Positions 14,595 to 23,984 of a stretch of DNA of 29,786 bases are shown here, one piece after another. Origin of the DNA: Chitinophagales bacterium (GTDB lineage Bacteria > Bacteroidota > Bacteroidia > Chitinophagales > Saprospiraceae); the NCBI GenBank assembly GCA_038213575.1, contig JBBQSW010000001.1, positions 1 through 29,786 of the forward strand. Direction: 5' to 3'. The notes beneath the pieces were generated by a model. The model made no database searches and was not told the DNA's origin. It saw only the letters and a program-made list of their open reading frames with translations. Position 1 is the first letter of the stretch. Every line of letters starts with the position of its first letter. A program made the translations under genes and the position numbers.

Positions 14595-15845
14595 ATGAAT
14601 TTCCCACCATTCGTTTTCCTAATGCTTTGCGCAACCACCGCTAGCGCACAACCCGGCTGCCCCGACCCGCAGGCTACAAACTTCAACGCCTCAGCGACGA
14701 GCAACGACGGTTCTTGCCTTTACCCAGTCACCAATTATGCGCCGGTTTTCAAGACGAATTTGAACGGTGATTTGAAAGAAATCAGCGGTCTCACAAAAGC
14801 CAATTCCAAGTGGTGGGGACACAATGACAGTGGTTTCGACGAAATTTTTTTTAGCATTGATACTGAATCAGGCGACGTTTTTCAAAAAATCGAACTTATA
14901 AACGCCAAAAACAAAGATTGGGAGGACATAACCGCAGACACCCAAAACCTATATATCGGCGATTTTGGCAACAACAGCAATGACCGCCAAAATCTGGGGG
15001 TTTACATCGTCCCCCTCTCCGAAATAGGCAGCAGCAACTCTGAGACGGTACAAGAATTCGAGTGGTCGTTTCTTCCATTCTCCTACATTGATCAAACGAA
15101 CTATGCAACGCAACCTGAAGACAGCTCCGTTTTCGACTGCGAGGCAATGATTTTTTACAACGACAAAATCCACCTTTTCACCAAAAGCCGACGCAACTAC
15201 CGCACTTCGCACTATACCATAAATACCTCAACCAATGTTGCGGACAAGGTTGAAGCATTTAACGTACAGGGACTTATCACGGGTGCATCCCTTTCCCCGG
15301 ATGGCAAACTCATCGCGCTTGTCGGCTATGATTTGAGGCCCTTCATCCCCACCGTTTTTTGCTGGTTGCTCTGGGATTGGCCACTCGGCACGGACCAGTT
15401 TTTTTCGGGCAACAAACGGCGCATCGAACTGGGCACGGCATTGCAAATTGGTCAGGTGGAAAGCGTCGGATTTGACTCCGATCGCGCTGGCTTTATCTCG
15501 AACGAGCGCACTTCATTCAATGGTGTGACCATCGTGCCGGAGTCCGTTCGCAGTTTTGATTTTAGCCAATGGGTGCCTGCAAGTGTTGGCACCGGCGAGC
15601 CGGGCGGTCCACTTGACACCTTTTCCGTATTCCCCAACCCGTTCGCGCAAGGCGTTCAATTTCAGTTCTTAGGAAATAAAAAACCTGATTTTTTACGAAT
15701 AAAAAATCAGGTTGGGCAAACTGTTTTGACCTTGAAAGAGATTCCTGAAACGCTTGATTTGCGCTTTTTACCTTCAGGATATTACACTTTTGAAACCTGG
15801 CAAGGCGGGCGGCAGATTGGATGGGCCAAGGGGCTAAAGCAATGA
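14595..15845 (+). CDS. T9SS type A sorting domain-containing secreted protein (GCxDPxAxN..DGSC microdomain plus beta-propeller-like core)
   Basis: Signal peptide ASA|Q, GCPDPQATNFNASATSNDGSCLY, EISGL..WWGHNDSG, DWEDI..LYIGDFGNN, FDCEAM and C-terminal FSVFPNPF...LPSGYY CTD. Confidence 0.88.
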   Translation: MNFPPFVFLMLCATTASAQPGCPDPQATNFNASATSNDGSCLYPVTNYAPVFKTNLNGDLKEISGLTKANSKWWGHNDSGFDEIFFSIDTESGDVFQKIELINAKNKDWEDITADTQNLYIGDFGNNSNDRQNLGVYIVPLSEIGSSNSETVQEFEWSFLPFSYIDQTNYATQPEDSSVFDCEAMIFYNDKIHLFTKSRRNYRTSHYTINTSTNVADKVEAFNVQGLITGASLSPDGKLIALVGYDLRPFIPTVFCWLLWDWPLGTDQFFSGNKRRIELGTALQIGQVESVGFDSDRAGFISNERTSFNGVTIVPESVRSFDFSQWVPASVGTGEPGGPLDTFSVFPNPFAQGVQFQFLGNKKPDFLRIKNQVGQTVLTLKEIPETLDLRFLPSGYYTFETWQGGRQIGWAKGLKQ

Positions 15846-15955
15846 AATAATTACCTCAAAACCAACACTTTTCGTATCCCGGAATCTTCCGTCGTGTCCC
15901 ATCTGTGTCATCTGATTTCCACTTAACCAGTTACGAAGTTTTATAGGTATTCGGA

Positions 15956-17425
15956 TCAATACGCCTTCGCAAACAACACCCGTCGTTCGCTTGGCTTCCC
16001 GGTTCGTATGCACTTGCCAGCTTCATCCGGCCAACCGAGCGGAATGCAACGAATGGTTGCCTTGGTCTGGGCTTTGATGTCCTCTTCCGTTTCGGTCGTG
16101 CCGTCCCAATGGGCGTAGGCAAAACCGCCTTTGTTATCCACCACCTCTAACAATTCTTCCCAGGTGTCTACTTTGGTGATGTGCTCATCGCGGTATGCTT
16201 TGGCGCGGTTGAATAGGTTGGCTTGGATTTCGTCGAGCAGACCCGCGATGTGGTCGGCGATGGTATCGAGCGGCACGTTGGCTTTTTCTTTTGTGTCGCG
16301 TCGAGCTACTTCCACCTGTCCGGCAGCGAGGTCGCGTTGGCCGAGTCCGAGGCGCACGGGAATTCCAATCATCTCATATTCAGCGAATTTGAAGCCGGGG
16401 CGGTTCTGATCGTCGTTGTCAATTTTGACACGGATGCCTTTCGCCTTGAGCTCGGCGGCGATTTTTTCTGCCACTACCGTTAGCTCATCCGATGGCTTTG
16501 GAATAGGAATGATGACCACCTGCGTAGGCGCAATTTTTGGTGGAATGATCAGTCCGTCGTCATCAGAGTGCGTCATGATGAGTCCGCCGATGAGCCGTGT
16601 GGAAACGCCCCATGAGGTAGCCCACACATATTCCTGCTGGTTTTCCTTGTTCAAAAACTGCACATTGAACGCCTTGGCGAAATTCTGCCCCAAAAAGTGC
16701 GAAGTGCCCGCCTGCAAGGCTTTTCCATCCTGCATTAAAGCCTCAATTGTATAAGTGTCATCAGCGCCAGCGAAGCGTTCATTGGCTGATTTCACGCCTT
16801 TAATAACGGGCATGGCCATCCATTCTTCGGCGAATTGGGCATACACATCCAAAATTAAAAGGGTTTCTTTCACAGCCTCTTCTGCCGAGACGTGGGCGGT
16901 ATGGCCTTCTTGCCACAAAAATTCTGCTGTGCGAAGAAACGGGCGCGTACGCATTTCCCAGCGCACCACATTGGCCCACTGATTGATCAGGATGGGTAAG
17001 TCGCGGTAGCTCTGGATCCAGTCGCGGTAAGTATTCCAGATGATGGCTTCCGAGGTTGGGCGCACGATGAGTTCTTCTTCGAGTTTTGCCTCGGGGTCCA
17101 CCATGAGTTTACCCGGCCTGTTCGGGTCATTTTTTAGGCGATAATGCGTCACCACGGCACATTCCTTGGCAAAACCCTCCGCATTTTTTTCCTCGGCTTC
17201 AAAAAGGCTTTTCGGCACAAAAAGTGGAAAATAGGCATTTACATGGCCGGTTTCTTTGAACATAAAGTCCAATTGGTCGCGCATTTTTTCCCAAATACCG
17301 TAGCCGTGAGGTTTGATGACCATGCATCCGCGCACAGGCGAGTTGTCGGCCAAGCGGGCCTTTTGCACAATGTCGAGGTACCACTGGGAGTAGTCTTCTG
17401 AGCGGGGTGTTATTTCTTTAGCCAT
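15956..17425 (-). CDS. proS: Proline--tRNA ligase (eukaryote/archaea-type)
   Basis: [54 protein letters not shown] and C-terminal ...FAKAY. Confidence 0.99.
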   Translation of the reverse strand: MAKEITPRSEDYSQWYLDIVQKARLADNSPVRGCMVIKPHGYGIWEKMRDQLDFMFKETGHVNAYFPLFVPKSLFEAEEKNAEGFAKECAVVTHYRLKNDPNRPGKLMVDPEAKLEEELIVRPTSEAIIWNTYRDWIQSYRDLPILINQWANVVRWEMRTRPFLRTAEFLWQEGHTAHVSAEEAVKETLLILDVYAQFAEEWMAMPVIKGVKSANERFAGADDTYTIEALMQDGKALQAGTSHFLGQNFAKAFNVQFLNKENQQEYVWATSWGVSTRLIGGLIMTHSDDDGLIIPPKIAPTQVVIIPIPKPSDELTVVAEKIAAELKAKGIRVKIDNDDQNRPGFKFAEYEMIGIPVRLGLGQRDLAAGQVEVARRDTKEKANVPLDTIADHIAGLLDEIQANLFNRAKAYRDEHITKVDTWEELLEVVDNKGGFAYAHWDGTTETEEDIKAQTKATIRCIPLGWPDEAGKCIRTGKPSERRVLFAKAY

Positions 17426-17427
17426 GA

Positions 17428-17462
17428 AAATGTTGAGTGGTTGAGTGGTTGAGAATGTTGAG
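17428..17462. repeat. (GTTGAGT/A) 7/8-mer tandem repeats in the proS leader
   Basis: GGTTGAGAATGTTGAG (17447-17462) is identical to 2642-2657. Confidence 0.7.
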
Positions 17463-17575
17463 TTTATGGCTCAGCGTTCTTTTGAAACGGGCACAAAGAT
17501 GAGGGGATTTTCGAGCCAAATGCCCGAAAAACCCCTCAAAAATTCTTTTTGTTCCAATTCAACATATTTCTACGT

Positions 17576-17612
17576 CAATGACCAATGACTCAATGACCAA
17601 TGACCTAATGAC
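17576..17612. repeat. CAATGAC heptamer tandem repeat (5 units)
   Basis: caatgac caatgac t caatgac caatgac ctaatgac, immediately downstream of the lipoprotein stop. Confidence 0.8.
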
Positions 17613-17621
17613 ACTTAACTC

Positions 17622-18539
17622 CTATTCCCATTTTGGCAACAAACCCCGCAGCCCCATGTCCACAATTTTTTCGGCGGGGGTAACGCCGTCACCGTAAAAA
17701 TCCAGCTGGCCATTGGCATTGTCGTCCACCCACTCAAAACTCTGATTTACAGAGAACGAAAGCGTTACAGTCAGATCCTGAGTTTCGTTACCCGTAACCA
17801 CCAGCGGTGTGTCAAATTTTCCGGTCACCACACAAGAGCCGGCAGGGATGGGGCTGCTGGAAAAAAGCGGGTTTACCACTGTGGTGGCACCAGCCGGGGC
17901 TTCGCCGGAAGAGAGTTGATTGTAAGTATCGTAAGGAGGGGTCAGGTTGGTTTCAAATGCCCAAAAGCCCTGTTTTTTATCGTCATTTACGGTCAACGTT
18001 TTGCTGCGTGGCGTGATGCTGCTGATGTAGGTATTGAAACCGACGAAAGAAGCCACCGTGCCTTTCTGCTGGATCAAATTTCCCACGATCGGGATGTTGT
18101 TGATGTTGAAACGCACGTCGTAGTTTTGGTACGTTACACTGGCACGTACCCATTCATAGGTGCCGGGAGGGACGTTTTTAAGACTGATTTTAGTGAAAAT
18201 CTGCCCATCACCACCTTTCGCCACTTTGTCAAAATCTACCGCATTTTCGCCACCCTTGCTGGTTTCTTCGCCTTTATATATGATGGCTCCCGTACCAAAT
18301 AAGGTGAATGCCGACGGAGCCAGTTCGATGTAATGGACACTCATTTCGTGGAATTCAGGCGTCTGGGCGGCATGCCCGGCGGCTAAAGGGGCTGGCTGGC
18401 CGATGTTGTTGAGTCGCGCCTGGGCAGCGTCGAATTTGAACTTGAATTGTAGATTTGCCCCGCTATCCGAACCTTCTTTTTTACAATTTGAAAAGAGTGA
18501 AAGCGCGGCCAACAAAAGGAGCATTACGTAGTTTCTCAT
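17622..18539 (-). CDS. Hypothetical lipoprotein, beta-rich
   Basis: Lipobox-like LSLFSN-C followed by KKEGSDS (similar to the Bacteroidota lipoprotein export signal). 305-aa ORF. Confidence 0.85.
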   Translation of the reverse strand: MRNYVMLLLLAALSLFSNCKKEGSDSGANLQFKFKFDAAQARLNNIGQPAPLAAGHAAQTPEFHEMSVHYIELAPSAFTLFGTGAIIYKGEETSKGGENAVDFDKVAKGGDGQIFTKISLKNVPPGTYEWVRASVTYQNYDVRFNINNIPIVGNLIQQKGTVASFVGFNTYISSITPRSKTLTVNDDKKQGFWAFETNLTPPYDTYNQLSSGEAPAGATTVVNPLFSSSPIPAGSCVVTGKFDTPLVVTGNETQDLTVTLSFSVNQSFEWVDDNANGQLDFYGDGVTPAEKIVDMGLRGLLPKWE

Positions 18540-18636
18540 GTACAGGAATTTGTTTGAAATGAATGCCCTAAAACGGAAATTTTACTTTCCAATTGCGGAG
18601 TCAATGTTTTTCAAAACCATTTAGGACTTGTTTTGT

Positions 18637-18644
18637 TATTTTTG
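18637..18644 (+). promoter_or_regulatory. -7 element TATTTTTG (nfu promoter)
   Basis: TAnnTTTG match. Confidence 0.5.
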
Positions 18645-18656
18645 CCGCTGTGTACA

Positions 18657-18737
18657 CCGGAACTCTGTTCCGGGATAATTAAACGCTTCCCGGAACGGAG
18701 TTCCGGGATACATTGTCCCCGGAACGGAGTTCCGGGG
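18657..18737. repeat. Three REP-like palindromes CCCGGAAC-GGA-GTTCCGGG
   Basis: Copies at 18657-18673 (inverted), 18689-18707 and 18717-18737. Confidence 0.88.
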
Positions 18738-18752
18738 TACAACATTTTCTCG

Positions 18753-19361
18753 ATGGATACGATCACTAAAAGCCCCGTGATGCTTTACACGGAACAGACG
18801 CCTAACCCAGAGGCGCTCAAATTTGTAACCAACCGGATGCTTTTCCGGGGCATTGCTGACTTCAAAGATCCGGAATTGGCAGCAGAATGGAGCCCTCTGG
18901 CAAACAGCCTGATGGAGCTACCTTACATCAAAAGCGTCTATTTCAACAACAACTATGTGACGGTGACGAAGGAGATGAACTATGATTGGACAGATATCAT
19001 GTTGAAGATCAAGGAGTTCATCAAAGACTTTATCGAGAAAGACGGCACGATCATACGCGAAGGTTTTGCCGAATATTCGGAAAAAGTATTGGCTAGCAGC
19101 AACGCCGTGCAGTTCAGTGGCGAGGGCGGCGAAATAGCCAAAAGAGTGAAAGAATTGATTGACACGTATGTGAAACCCGCCGTTGAAATGGACGGTGGCA
19201 ACATCGAATTCAAGGCTTTTGAGGCTGGCAAAGTGTACGTTACCATGCAGGGTTCTTGCAGCGGCTGCCCCTCTTCTTCCGTCACGCTCAAGGCGGGTAT
19301 CGAAGGAATGCTGAAACGTATGATTCCTGAAGTGGAAGAAGTGGTGCAGGAGATGGAGTGA
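18753..19361 (+). CDS. NifU/Nfu family Fe-S cluster carrier (Nfu_N plus NifU-C)
   Basis: TEQTPNPEALKF, and VKPAVEMDGGNIEF...MQGSCSGCPSSSVTLKAGIE with the CxxC motif. Confidence 0.96.
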   Translation: MDTITKSPVMLYTEQTPNPEALKFVTNRMLFRGIADFKDPELAAEWSPLANSLMELPYIKSVYFNNNYVTVTKEMNYDWTDIMLKIKEFIKDFIEKDGTIIREGFAEYSEKVLASSNAVQFSGEGGEIAKRVKELIDTYVKPAVEMDGGNIEFKAFEAGKVYVTMQGSCSGCPSSSVTLKAGIEGMLKRMIPEVEEVVQEME

Positions 19362-19394
19362 TTCAATTTGCGATTTTTAAATTACGATTTACGA

Positions 19395-19434
19395 TTTCCC
19401 CCGTCGGCAGTTTGCTGGCGGGGGAAATTTTTTT
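19395..19434 (+). terminator. Intrinsic terminator after nfu, preceded by ACGATTT heptamers (19366-19397)
   Basis: TTTCCCCCGTCGGC-AGTTT-GCTGGCGGGGGAAA followed by a T tract. Confidence 0.8.
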
Positions 19435-19549
19435 GCTGAATATTTTGCTCTAAACGCTTTGTATTTAGATTGTAATTTGTAACACAACTTATTGAATTTC
19501 AAGCTAAAATCTGGGGTTTGCAAATTCCATAGTTCTATAAAATCTGTTC

Positions 19550-19557
19550 TACTTTTG
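19550..19557 (+). promoter_or_regulatory. -7 element TACTTTTG, 5 nt before the flippase ATG
   Basis: TAnnTTTG match. Confidence 0.55.
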
Positions 19558-19562
19558 CGGCC

Positions 19563-21035
19563 ATGTCGTTGTTAAAAAAACTCGCGGGAGAAACTGCCTT
19601 GTATGGCTTGAGCAGCATCGCCGGGCGGCTGCTGAATATGATGCTGCTCGTACCGTTGCACACGCGGCTGTTGAATTCCACGAGCGATTATGGCGCGGTA
19701 ACGGATCTCTACGCCACCTCGGCGTTCCTCATGGTATTCTTCTCCTACCGCATGGAATCGGCCTTTTTTCGTTTCGGAACGCCCGCTGAAGACCGCGACA
19801 AAGCCTATTCCACGGGGATGCTCTCGCTTTTTGGGAGCACTGCCATCATCGCCGCCCTTTTGTTGGTTTTTACGCAACCGATTGCCGATGCGCTACAATA
19901 CCCGCAACACCCGGAGTATGTACGCTGGTTCGCGCTGATCCTTGCTTTTGATTGTCTGGCAGAGTTGCCTTTTGCGCGTTTGAGGTTGGAACAGCGCCCA
20001 AAACGATTCGTTTTCATCAGGCTTTGCAACATCGCGGTGAATATCACGATGAATCTTTTTTGGCTGGTCTTTTGTCCTTGGGCCGCCGACAATGGCATGG
20101 ATTGGGTACACGCCGTATGGCAACCGGGGCTTGGGGTGGCCTATATCTTTCTGTCCAATTTGATTGCCAGCGCGATCACGCTGGTGCTGTTATTGCCTCA
20201 ATTTCAGGCGGTTAGGGCCAGTTTTGATAAAATTTTGTGGAAAAAAATGCTTGTCTATGCTGCTCCGCTCATCGTGGTGGGGTTGGCTGGAATTGTGGAC
20301 GAAATGTTCAGCCGGGCCATGCTTAAATACTTGCTTCCAGGAACGCGAGAGGAGAATTTGGGGCAAGTAGGCATCTTTGGAGCGAACTACAAACTGGCTG
20401 CGCTCATCACACTTTTCACGCAGGCTTACCGATACGCTGCGGAGCCGTTTTTCTTCCGCCATGCGCAGGACAAAGATGCCATGCGTACCCAAGCTGAGGT
20501 GACAAAATGGTTTACCATTGCGAGCGCGGCTGGAATGTTGGGAATTTTACTTTTCCTCGATGTGGTCAAAGGTTTTATTGGAAGCAAATACCATAGCGGA
20601 CTTCATGTGGTACCTATCTTGTTGGGAGCCAACCTGTTGTTGGGCGTCTATTACAATTTTTCCGTCTGGTATCGCTTGAAAGATCGGACCGGGTTGGGGG
20701 CCTGGATTTCCGTTGGTGGAGCGATCATTACCGTGGCGCTTAATCTTTTCCTGATCCCGCTTTATGGCTATTACGGAGCGGCTTGGGTGACCTTGGTTTG
20801 CTATGCTTTTATGAGTTGGGCCACTTGGTTCACAGGAAAAAAACACTATCCAGTGCCTTATCCATTGGGTCGAATGGCCTTTTATCCAGTCCTTGCGCTG
20901 ACGCTTTGGATGGCGAGTATTTGGCTTGCACCCATACTGCCCATGGAGGCGCTTTGGGGTGTTCGGGTGGTCTTCTTTGGTGCATTTTGCGGCACGGTGT
21001 ATTGGCTGGAGTTATGGAAACGTGCATTAAGCTGA
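19563..21035 (+). CDS. Polysaccharide biosynthesis flippase (Wzx/MOP superfamily)
   Basis: KKLAGETALYGLSSIAGR, about 12-14 TM helices, GIFGANYKLA, YRYAAEPFFF and YGYYGAAWVT. Confidence 0.92.
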   Translation: MSLLKKLAGETALYGLSSIAGRLLNMMLLVPLHTRLLNSTSDYGAVTDLYATSAFLMVFFSYRMESAFFRFGTPAEDRDKAYSTGMLSLFGSTAIIAALLLVFTQPIADALQYPQHPEYVRWFALILAFDCLAELPFARLRLEQRPKRFVFIRLCNIAVNITMNLFWLVFCPWAADNGMDWVHAVWQPGLGVAYIFLSNLIASAITLVLLLPQFQAVRASFDKILWKKMLVYAAPLIVVGLAGIVDEMFSRAMLKYLLPGTREENLGQVGIFGANYKLAALITLFTQAYRYAAEPFFFRHAQDKDAMRTQAEVTKWFTIASAAGMLGILLFLDVVKGFIGSKYHSGLHVVPILLGANLLLGVYYNFSVWYRLKDRTGLGAWISVGGAIITVALNLFLIPLYGYYGAAWVTLVCYAFMSWATWFTGKKHYPVPYPLGRMAFYPVLALTLWMASIWLAPILPMEALWGVRVVFFGAFCGTVYWLELWKRALS

Positions 21036-21124
21036 AAAGAGTTTGTTTATCTTCGCCTCGATTTATTCGTCAAACCAACAAATCCTTGCCGACAGGCAGG
21101 AACGATACCTAAAATTTAACAGCC

Positions 21125-21583
21125 ATGGATTTACACACCTTACTCAACACCCTCCACTCCTACAACCGTTACCTCATCATAATCGCGCTCTTTTGGGTGA
21201 TTTTCCGTTCCTGGTCGGGCTGGATGGGTAAAAAAAATTATGTAAAAGCCGACAATACGGCTTCTCTGGTATTGCTAATACTTGCCCACCTACAATTGCT
21301 TTTAGGGCTTATCCAATATTTTGTCACCAGTGCTTACACCACCGGCGGTATGCCCATTAGTGATCCGTGGGTGCGCTATTTCAAAATGGAGCACATCGCC
21401 GGGATGATTCTCGCCGTCGTTTTGATCCAGTTGGGGCGCACTTTTTCCAAAAAGGCGCAGCTGGATGAACAAAAACACAAAAAAACGGCTTTGTATACTA
21501 CGGCTGCTGCGATAATCATCACGGGGATACTGGCGATGAAAGGGCTGTTTTTGGGAACCTTGGCAAGTGCGTCTGGGCATTAG
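21125..21583 (+). CDS. Conserved Bacteroidota 4-TM membrane protein (often annotated cytochrome b-like)
   Basis: Four hydrophobic helices with His residues (HSYNRY, AHLQLLLG, MEHIAGM). Confidence 0.8.
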   Translation: MDLHTLLNTLHSYNRYLIIIALFWVIFRSWSGWMGKKNYVKADNTASLVLLILAHLQLLLGLIQYFVTSAYTTGGMPISDPWVRYFKMEHIAGMILAVVLIQLGRTFSKKAQLDEQKHKKTALYTTAAAIIITGILAMKGLFLGTLASASGH

Positions 21584-21613
21584 ATTTTCCCTAATTTTGC
21601 GCCGTTCAATTCA

Positions 21614-21647
21614 AAACCTCCGAGGACAACTCAGTCCTCGGAGGTTT
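21614..21647. terminator. 14-bp perfect hairpin plus T-rich tail immediately upstream of hisS
   Basis: AAACCTCCGAGGAC-AACTCA-GTCCTCGGAGGTTT then CCTTTTCTGATTTTTT. A TAATTTTG -7 match lies at 21592-21599. Confidence 0.6.
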
Positions 21648-21667
21648 CCTTTTCTGATTTTTTGACC

Positions 21668-23017
21668 ATGCAAAAACCCTCCATTCCAGAAGGTACCCGC
21701 GACTTTGGCCCCGAACAGGTGCGCAAACGCAATTATATTTTCGATACGGTCCGTTCGGTGTTCGTCAAGTTTGGTTTTCAGCCGCTTGAAACGCCTGCTA
21801 TGGAAAACCTCAGCACCCTCACCGGAAAATACGGTGAAGAGGGCGATAAACTGCTGTTCAAAATACTGAACAATGGTGATTTCCTTTCAGGTGCAGACGC
21901 GGAAGCTCTGGCCACCCAAAACTCCACGAAACTTACTACCAGTATTGCCAAACGCGGGCTGCGCTACGATCTCACGGTGCCTTTCGCACGTTATGTGGTG
22001 ATGAATCGGGGGACACTTTCCTTTCCCTTCAAACGCTACCAAATCCAACCTGTTTGGCGGGCTGATCGTCCGCAGCGGGGGCGTTACCGCGAATTTTTTC
22101 AGTGCGATGTGGATGTCATTGGGTCTGAATCGTTGCTTTACGAGGCAGAATTGGTGCAGATTTATGATGAGGCTTTCGCCAAAATGAATTTGCCCGTCAT
22201 GATTAAAATCAACAACCGCAAGGTGCTGTTTGGTATAGCGGAAGCAGCGGGCATTGCCGATCGTTTCACGGACATGACCGTGGCGATTGACAAACTTGAT
22301 AAAGTGGGTATGGAAGGGGTGCGCAAGGAATTGAACGAGCGTGGCGTTCCAGACACTGCCATTGCTGTTATTGAAAAAATCTTAAAAACCCCCGATTTCC
22401 AATCACTTAAACCTATATTTGCCAACAGCGAAACGGGGTTGAAAGGTTTGGAAGAACTGGAACGGGTGTTTCAATTGTTGTCAAAATCGCCGCTCCAGAA
22501 CGAATTGAAATTTGACGTGACCTTGGCTCGTGGCTTATCCTACTACACTGGCTGCATCTTCGAGGTATCTGCCAAAGATTACCCGATGGGCAGCATTGGC
22601 GGCGGCGGAAGATATGCGGATCTGACTGGCGTGTTTGGAGTGCCAGGGCTTTCGGGAGTGGGGGTTTCTTTTGGCGCGGACCGGATTTACGATGTGTTGG
22701 AAGGTTTAAAACTTTTCCCGGAAAACATCTCGGAAAGTGTAAAAATCATGCTGGCTTCCTTTGACGAGCCCTCCTTTGAATATGCGTTTCAATGCGCCAC
22801 GGAACTTCGGGCTGCCGGGGTTGCCGTGGAAACTTACCCGGAACCGGGCAAGTTGAAAAAGCAATTTGAATACGTCGCCAAACGCGGCATCCCGTTCGTG
22901 GCCATCATCGGCGAGAGCGAAATGGCATCTAAAACCTTGACAATCAAGGATCAAAAATCGGGAGAGCAATGGACAGCGAGCGTGGCGGAGGTGGCGGAAA
23001 GATTGCTTGGCTCCTAG
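21668..23017 (+). CDS. hisS: Histidine--tRNA ligase
   Basis: GTRDF, LRYDLTVPFARY, VWRADRPQRGRYREFFQCDVD, LARGLSYYTG and GGGGRYADL. Confidence 0.99.
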   Translation: MQKPSIPEGTRDFGPEQVRKRNYIFDTVRSVFVKFGFQPLETPAMENLSTLTGKYGEEGDKLLFKILNNGDFLSGADAEALATQNSTKLTTSIAKRGLRYDLTVPFARYVVMNRGTLSFPFKRYQIQPVWRADRPQRGRYREFFQCDVDVIGSESLLYEAELVQIYDEAFAKMNLPVMIKINNRKVLFGIAEAAGIADRFTDMTVAIDKLDKVGMEGVRKELNERGVPDTAIAVIEKILKTPDFQSLKPIFANSETGLKGLEELERVFQLLSKSPLQNELKFDVTLARGLSYYTGCIFEVSAKDYPMGSIGGGGRYADLTGVFGVPGLSGVGVSFGADRIYDVLEGLKLFPENISESVKIMLASFDEPSFEYAFQCATELRAAGVAVETYPEPGKLKKQFEYVAKRGIPFVAIIGESEMASKTLTIKDQKSGEQWTASVAEVAERLLGS

Positions 23018-23035
23018 AAAACCGAATTTACTGAA

Positions 23036-23134
23036 ACCGCCGACACCACCGAATTTTTAATTTGAACATACACTGTCAACACCACTTTTTTTCTTTACGC
23101 CGGGAAATTTGCCACCTTCGGTGGTATCGGCGGT
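23036..23134. repeat. Inverted repeat pair ACCGCCGACACCACCGAA / TTCGGTGGTATCGGCGGT within 9-mer-periodic flanks
   Basis: 18-bp arms (1 mismatch) at 23036-23053 and 23117-23134. Confidence 0.75.
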
Positions 23135-23165
23135 GTCGGTAAAACCGGTGTTCCAAACTTTTCTC

Positions 23166-23882
23166 ATGCTCCGCAATTACTTCCTCCCAGCAATTTTTGC
23201 CCTTGCAGCTCATCTGCTCTCCGCCCAACAAACCGACTATGATGCCATCATCCAACCCATAGACGCAAAAGCCCGTGATATTGGGGAATACATCGTGCAA
23301 CTTGCCTGGCTCAACAGCCCGGAAGGTCGTATTGCCGAAGCGGAACTGCTCAATGCCCGAAGCGAGAACAAAAACACCCGGAAAGAATGGATGCGCGATG
23401 TGAACGCCTCGTTCAACTTCAACGAGTCCAACCTGAAAGGAGCCGATACCTTGGGCAATGTTTTTTTTCCACGCTACAACTTCGGACTAACGTTGAATTT
23501 GTACAACATCCTGAGCCAGAAAGAGAAAAACAACATCGGTAAACGCCGCATGAGCATTGCTGACGAACGTATTCATCAGCGCAAACGCGAAATCCGGGCT
23601 GATGCACTGACAGCTTGGGCTAATTTTCGCCTCGCCCGCGAAATTTTTAAAGAGCGAAGTACCGTGGAACTGGATTTGAACAACAATTTCATCCTGATCC
23701 AACAACTGTATAAAAGCGACGAGGCCACCCTAGAGCAATACACCACCACTTCTGCCACCTACTACGAGGCCCGTGAGGCGCGGATCCGTGCCCAAACCGA
23801 GGCGGAAATTGCCAAATTCAAACTAGAAGAAATCATTGGACTTCGCTGGGAGCAGGTGCAACACCCTTCAAAAGAAGACTGA
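23166..23882 (+). CDS. Short TolC/outer-membrane efflux-like protein
   Basis: Signal peptide LSA|QQ, YNFGLTLNL beta strand, long amphipathic helices and AKFKLEEIIG. Confidence 0.75.
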   Translation: MLRNYFLPAIFALAAHLLSAQQTDYDAIIQPIDAKARDIGEYIVQLAWLNSPEGRIAEAELLNARSENKNTRKEWMRDVNASFNFNESNLKGADTLGNVFFPRYNFGLTLNLYNILSQKEKNNIGKRRMSIADERIHQRKREIRADALTAWANFRLAREIFKERSTVELDLNNNFILIQQLYKSDEATLEQYTTTSATYYEAREARIRAQTEAEIAKFKLEEIIGLRWEQVQHPSKED

Positions 23883-23913
23883 GGATTTTTAGACTGTTGG
23901 GCGTTGGACTTGC

Positions 23914-23921
23914 TACTTTTG
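23914..23921 (+). promoter_or_regulatory. -7 element TACTTTTG (ompH promoter)
   Basis: TAnnTTTG match. Confidence 0.5.
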
Positions 23922-23984
23922 CCCTTCTAAGGAACAAGTTATTATTCACCCGTTCCTAAAATGCATTAACTCACTAACTTTTTC

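Noticed and set aside
15956-17425. Eukaryote/archaea-type ProRS as horizontal transfer
   Set aside because: This type is the normal ProRS in Bacteroidota.
18633-18752. 40-aa N-terminal extension of Nfu in the ORF track
   Set aside because: It is a translation of REP palindromes. The real start is ATG 18753.
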